Assembly (NCBI GenBank): GCA_951406725.2
Contig: OX597819.1
Coordinates: forward strand, 31,620,001 to 31,684,000
Length of the DNA: 64,000 bases
DNA from: Octopus vulgaris
Taxonomy: Eukaryota
Direction of reading: 5' to 3'
A program made the position numbers and the translations under genes. Under the pieces are notes generated by a model. That model had not been told where the DNA came from. It saw only the letters and a list, made by a program, of their open reading frames with translations, and did no database searches. The first letter of the stretch is position 1, and each line of letters opens with the position of its first letter. This document shows positions 54,279-64,000 of the stretch, piece by piece.

Positions 54279-55255
54279 GTTGTCACACATGAAATGTATT
54301 TGAAAGGTGACAATAAAATGTTTCAGAAGCAATAGAGAACTGATTTATTTAATTTAATCAAAGTATGATCCATGTTCATTTATGACGTTTACCCAACGTT
54401 TCGCTAAGTCATATATTCTATCGTTAAAAAATTTTTCATCTTTTGTTGTGACAAACTGTTCGAATGCTTCAATTGCCTCCTCTCTATTTAAAAATGTTTT
54501 GTTGTATAAAAAAAGCTCAAAATGCTTAAATAAGTGATAATCAGTAGGAGAGATATCAGGGGAATAGGGAGGATGTTGCAAAAGCTCATAATTCAGGTTT
54601 TGCAGCATTTGGACCATAGCTCGAGGAGCATGAGGACGTGCATTGTCGTAGAAGCAAAATTGGGCCATCCCTATTCACTAGTCTGGGTTGCTTCTTTTCG
54701 AATTCTCGTGCATACAATCAATATTCCTGGCAACACGAAGCTGCTGTTACTGTTTTCCCTTGTTGCGAAAATGAATAATGAATAATTCCCTTCGCAAACC
54801 ACCATACAAAGACCATTGACCTTTTAGGGTGCAATGGTGGTTTAGGGTAGTGTTTAGGTGGCTCTCCTGCATCTAACCACTTCCCTGTTCTCCTGCTGTT
54901 GTCAAAGAGCATCCATTTCTCATCACGTTCAATGCAAAAGTGGTTCTTTTTCCAAATCGAGAAAGCAATAAGGAGCATATTTCGAGGAACCTGCTTTTTT
55001 AAAAATGAGAATATCTGAAAATAAACTCAACTGATCGATCCCAATGACAGTCATGGAATGATAACAAAGCTTAAATAAGTGATAATCAGTAGGAGAGATA
55101 TCAGGGGAATAGGGAGGATGTTGCAAAAGCTCATAATCCAGGCTTTGCAGCATTTGGACCATAGCTCGAGGAGTGTGAGGACGTGCATTGTTGTAGAGCA
55201 AAATTGGGCCATCCCTATTCACTAGTCTGGGTTGCTTCTTTTCAAATTCTCGTGC
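54275..55255 (-). mobile_element. mariner (DD34D) remnant with one TIR and an internal ~190-bp duplication
   Basis: TA followed by ttaggttg TIR; DEKW, DNARPH, HPPYSPDISPTDYHLF; 54524-54710 repeated at 55068-55255. Confidence 0.92.
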
Positions 55256-55500
55256 GGGCCGTGTTTGTAATGCTGTGTGTGTGTCGTCTGCAGTGGGAAC
55301 AGGGACTGTTTTCTTTATGAAGGCCGTTTTAGTCTATCCACCGATATAGTGTCTTTACAACCATTAAGGTCTATAGGGAAAAGTATATCCGTGCGTGAAG
55401 GAAAACGGAAAGGGCCTGCATACGGTGCTGTTAATGGAGGTTTAACAACATCGTTGCGCACAAAAGCTTGAATCCAAGAAGTAAAGCTTTCTTCAAGGCA
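55256..55500 (-). mobile_element. Ty3/Gypsy integrase C-terminal fragment
   Basis: Minus translation AFVRNDVVKPPLTAPYAGPFR..IDLNGCKDTISVDRLK (GPY/F motif). Confidence 0.8.
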
Positions 55501-55504
55501 GAGC

Positions 55505-55596
55505 TAGAAATGCAATTGTCAAGCGGTTCTTGAGATACTTGTCCACGGACAAACAAGCACAATTGAAAACAATACCTCCGCCTTCGCTAAGGCGGA

Positions 55597-55602
<6 letters not shown>
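55505..55602 (+). mobile_element. Helentron/HINE-like 3' end
   Basis: 12-bp hairpin tacctccgcctt-cgct-aaggcggaggta directly before (TAA)n. Confidence 0.55.
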
Positions 55603-55677
<75 letters not shown>

Positions 55678-55681
<4 letters not shown>

Positions 55682-55866
55682 TTTCTATGTAATCTCAAGG
55701 TTTAAAACAAACATTTTTTTTAGACATCCACCAGTACAACACAAAAAACAACCAAATATATGGCACACTAGGCATAACAACAACGTGAACTTCCAACCTG
55801 TTGTCTCTTGAGGTCTCCGGGTGAGACTTGGAGCCAACTTGTACAAATATAAAGCAAAAGTCCAAC

Positions 55867-55870
<4 letters not shown>
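55678..55870 (+). mobile_element. Probable Dong-like 3'UTR fragment between (TAA)n tracts
   Basis: Begins with an ORF-end-like tctatgtaa; TAA repeats on both sides. Confidence 0.45.
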
Positions 55871-55937
<67 letters not shown>

Positions 55938-56339
55938 GTAGGAGGATTGTCGATATATTTAGCTGTATTCACCTGCCCTTAATTTCTGGACATACCTTGT
56001 AAAGACTACGAGTTAGTGTCCAAAATGGCATCGACTGATTTTCTTCATTTGTAAACGAAATGTAAAGTGTCGGCCTGTACTGGCGTTGATGCAGTCGACT
56101 CTGGCCTTTGACCTACAGATGTGTAACCTTGCGTCAATGTAAGATATATCCTCATACTTATTGCTTATTATTACAATAGGAGAGAAAGAGGGAGAGAGAG
56201 AGAGAGAGAGAAAGGAGAGAGGGAAGGAGATAGACGCGGAGAAGAGAGTGAAAAACATGTCCTTATACGTATTTTACGGCGTCCTAAATCTAGTTTGTCA
56301 ACAAGACTTCGTTCAGACTTGATTTCGTTCCATATTTAG

Positions 56340-56394
<55 letters not shown>

Positions 56395-56709
56395 TGCATG
56401 TGTGCGTGCGTGTGAGTATGTATGTGTATGTGTGTGTGTCAGTGAGTGTATGCGTGTGTATGTGTGTGTGAGTGTATGTGTGCGCGTGTGTGTATGTGTG
56501 TGTGTGTGTGAGTGTATGCGTGTGTATGTGTGTGTGAGTGTATGTGTGCGCGTGTGTGTATGTGTGTGTGTGTGTGAGTGTATGCGTGTGTATGTGTGTG
56601 TGAGTGTATGTGTGCGCGTGTGTGTATGTGCGTGTGTGTGAGTGTATGCGTGTGTATGTGTGTGTGTGAGTGTATGTGTGTGTATGTGTGTGTGTGTGTA
56701 TGTGTGCGC

Positions 56710-56740
<31 letters not shown>

Positions 56741-57203
56741 AGTGTATGTGTGTGTATGTGTGTGTGAGTGTATGTGTGTGCGTATGTGTATGTGTGTGTG
56801 TGTGTATGTGTGCGTATGTATGCATGAAGAGAAATTGTGAGCGTTTGAGTATGAGAAAAAGAGAGAAAGAGGAGTGGGTGAAGGGAGAGAGAAAGAGAGA
56901 AGGAGTGGGGGGTGACAGAGAAAGATTGAGACAGAGAAAGAGGGGATTGCGCGTGCGCGACTATATAATGATTTATTACAGTAATTAATTGTCAGAAATG
57001 TCAGATTCGAGACGAAGGATGTAAAATATAAAAAAAAATAATAATAAAGAAACTCAGAAAAAAATATATAAAAGACACACACACACACACATGCACAAAA
57101 TACCGCAATTACATATAAACATACATATATACATTCACACACTTAGACAGACATGCATGGTTATTCATTTGAAAAAAACCTCAAAAATTTAGCGTCTTAT
57201 ATA

Positions 57204-57614
57204 TCTCTTTCTTTACTGCCCACAAGGGGCTAAACATAGAGAGGACAAACAATGACAGACAAACAGATTAAGTCGATTATATCGACACCAGTTGTACTTA
57301 TTTAATCGACCTCGAAAGGATGAAAGGCAAAGTCGACGTCGGCGGAATTTGAACTCAGAACGTAGCGGCAGACGAAATACCTATTTCTTTATTACCCACA
57401 AGGGGCTAAACATAGAGGGGACAAACAAGGACAGACATAGATATTAAGTCGATTACATCGACCCCAGTGGTTAACTGGTACTTAATTTGTCGACCCCGAA
57501 AGGATGAAAGGCAAAGTCGACCTCGGCGGAATTTGAACTCAGAACGTAGCGGCAGACGAAATACCGATAAGCATTTCGCCCGGCGTGCTAACGATTCTGC
57601 CAGCTCGCCGCATT
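57204..57614 (-). mobile_element. SINE family A, dimeric
   Basis: 17-bp TSD atttagcgtcttatata. Confidence 0.92.
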
Positions 57615-58200
57615 ATTTAGCGTCTTATATACTTGAATGAGCTTGTTTGTGTGTGTATGTGTGTGTATATGTGTGCTTGTGTATAGGTATGTGTAGGTAT
57701 GTATGTATGTATGTGTGTATGTGTGTGTGTATGTATGCTTGTTTGTGTGTGTATTATTGTATGTATGCGTATGTGTGTGTATGAGCATGTGTGCTTGTTT
57801 GTGACCTTGTCTGTATGAATGTGTGTGTAATGTATGTGTGTGTATGTAAGTGTGTGTATGAGCATATGTGCACTTGTTTGTGAGTGTGTATGTATGTGGT
57901 GTGATGTGTATATGTGTGTATGTGTGTGTGTATGTATGCTTGTTTGTGTGTGTATTATTGTATGTATGCGTATGTGTGTGTATGTGTGCTTGTTTGACCT
58001 TGTCTGTATGAATGTGTGTGAATGTATGTGTGTGTATGTAAGTGTGTGTATGAGCATATGTGCACTTGTTTGTGAGTGTGTATGTGTGTGGTGTATGTGT
58101 ATATGTGTGCATGTGTGTCTCTGTGTGTACGGTTATGTGAGAGTGTATAAATCATCAGTAACTTAGAATCTCTCAAGCGTGACGCTGATTTCTTCATTGT

Positions 58201-58300
58201 NNNNNNNNNNNNNNNNNNNNNNNNNNNNNNNNNNNNNNNNNNNNNNNNNNNNNNNNNNNNNNNNNNNNNNNNNNNNNNNNNNNNNNNNNNNNNNNNNNNN
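58201..58300. other. Assembly gap (100 N)
   Basis: Visible. Confidence 1.
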
Positions 58301-62221
<3,921 letters not shown>

Positions 62222-62311
62222 TGCTGTTATTGTTTAATCCTACGCAATCTCGAACAAAGCAGATAATAATTTCTACTCTTCTTTCAAGCATTACGTATCC
62301 AGGCCTTCATC

Positions 62312-62739
62312 GGATCTTTTCGGTTTGAACGGCAGTTTTTAACATAATTTCTAGATAATTAAAAAATTTTGAACTTCGTATACTGGTAGAATGTGTTTAT
62401 AAAACATCTTTTTCTCCTGGCTTTATTGAGAAAATTCTATAGTTTGTAAGATATTTGTTGATTTTTTTCTTCAATTTCTGGTATTTCAACCAATCACTGA
62501 CGTCTATTGAGGTAAAAAAAAAACATTCTGTGCCGTATGAATGTGTCCCTCGTTTAAGAAACAGATTGGGTTTATTTACATTTCTGAAGAAAATATACCC
62601 TTCCACCCACCCCTAACCCTAACTAACCTTAACCCTAAAAGAGATTGAAATGCAATAGATAGATTCTAGGGTCATAATTATGGGTGACAATTTCATATGA
62701 CACCGCTAGAAAAAGCTACCGTTCAAACCGAAAAGATCC
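62312..62739. mobile_element. MITE (same family as 9785 and 26003)
   Basis: Same TIRs and internal ccctaaccctaac. Confidence 0.92.
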
Positions 62740-62959
62740 CAGGTAGCTACAACTGGAATGACTTCGATCTTAGGTTTGTTTGACCAAAGCTATTTCTGCA
62801 GGTAAATAACAACAATCAGATTTTATCAGGGATACACAGTCTACCAAGAAAAACTTGGTGAGTGACAACCAAAATTACTCTGACGTTGAATGCATTCCAC
62901 AAATTCTGTCTGCACAAAATATTCAAGATCATTTACAGGGGCAGAATCATGAACAAAAT

Positions 62960-63355
62960 CTATTTATTTATTTATAACAATTGAATACAAAGAAGCTGGA
63001 AATAAAAAGAGATAAGAAAGGAAAAGAAAGGAAAGAAAAAGGGCTACATTCCCTAGAACAAATGGTGTTCTTTGCTGCAGCCCGCGAGAATGACCGCAAT
63101 GACGTTGCCGCGGGAAAAGTGGCCAGCGACACGCGTCGTAGCATCCACTCCATCTCACGGGGTTCATTGCTCCTACGGGCCGTCGTTATCCCTATTCTGT
63201 GAAGCAGATCGGTTGTACGGAGTCCCAGAACACCTGATGTCTCGACGGTGACCGCCACAAACTGATAGCGGCTGGTCAGGCCCCTGTATTTATTGCTTTT
63301 TTTTTTCTCTTCTCTGCGTCACGGGCGGCGACACCCCGGGTTTGCAGTCGATGCT
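62960..63355 (-). mobile_element. CRE-like RLE non-LTR retrotransposon 3' end
   Basis: AARDAEKRK..KYRGLTSRYQFVAVTVETSGVLG..EPREMEWMLRRVSLA. Confidence 0.7.
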
Positions 63356-63670
63356 GCAAACTCTGAAGTCTTCAGAGGAGCCAGTTTGCTCAGCCTGCAG
63401 GAGATTGTGGCAGAAAGAAGAGTGAGACTAGGAGCTCAGGCTTTTCGACTGCCAGAAAAGCGAACACTGAAGACACCTATGCAATGGATACTGCAAGAAA
63501 AGCGAAGAAAGAGACGGAGAGTTAAGAAGATACTGAGATCTAAGAAGATCTGAAGCAACTTAGAAACATTTGGGAAGATGCAAACGACTCTGCTCAAAAC
63601 CGGAATTACTGGAGACATCATGTTTCCCAACGAACAGGCCAACTGTACGGGAGAAACCAAGGCTATGACT
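63356..63670 (+). mobile_element. RTE-clade LINE 3' fragment
   Basis: NSEVF..EIVAERRVRL..RLPEKR..MQW..EDLKQL..WEDA..AQNRNYWR. Confidence 0.7.
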
Positions 63671-64000
63671 TAGTGAATAGGTTATCTATCTGTAAAGTAA
63701 AGAATATTTTATATCTTTGAAATTACGAAATTAATCCAATTAAATTGTTTGATTTCTGTGCCAATAAGTTGAGCAAAACCCTTGCAAGGACCCCCGACCA
63801 GGATCCGGGGCAGTACCTATGGCCTGCTCACAGCCTGGTCGGTGGCGAAGAAGAATAGGCTTAGCGCTGAAATATGTAAATTTTATATTTATACATTAAT
63901 ATTGTTATCATTTTTTGTAAGAGGTTCATTGCCTCATGTAATGATTTGTTAAAGAACAATGTTATAGAGAAGCAGAGGGTCGGCGGGCGCTTTCTGTCTT

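Noticed and set aside
54354-54978. Intact mariner transposase or domesticated gene
   Set aside because: Frameshifted, N-terminal HTH missing, only one TIR.
63790-63855. HDV-like ribozyme (ccgaccagg..cctggtcgg, then ggcgaa)
   Set aside because: Only one stem is evident; I could not assign P1, P2, P3 or the L3 motif.

Overview
This is a repeat-saturated eukaryotic window. It is very probably an octopus (coleoid cephalopod) genome, inferred from the microsatellite density and the style of the tRNA-derived SINEs. I found no intact, recognisable host protein-coding gene, and nearly all supplied ORFs are microsatellite translation artefacts. The window is a mosaic of (AT)n, (CA)n, (CATA)n, (TAA)n, (CAT)n and (CAG)n tracts, a 1.9-kb 22-bp minisatellite and three SINE families. 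It also holds decayed retroelements (R4/Dong-like and CRE-like RLE LINEs, RTE, L1/Tx1-like, two Penelope-like elements, a Gypsy integrase tail) and decayed DNA elements (Tc1, mariner, a hAT MITE, a GG-terminal MITE with telomere-like repeats, non-autonomous Helitrons). A ~3.9-kb near-identical duplication straddles a 100-N gap and is probably an assembly artefact. The most interesting signals are: two RLE retrotransposon families that appear to partition microsatellite targets ((TAA)n vs (CATA)n); several minimal hammerhead-ribozyme motifs, one with a complete core; a Helitron 3' terminus that is a two-way palindrome; a short RTE-derived bipartite element; and fold-back structures at many scales. 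All translations and alignments were done by eye, so family assignments need database confirmation and unanchored element boundaries are approximate.
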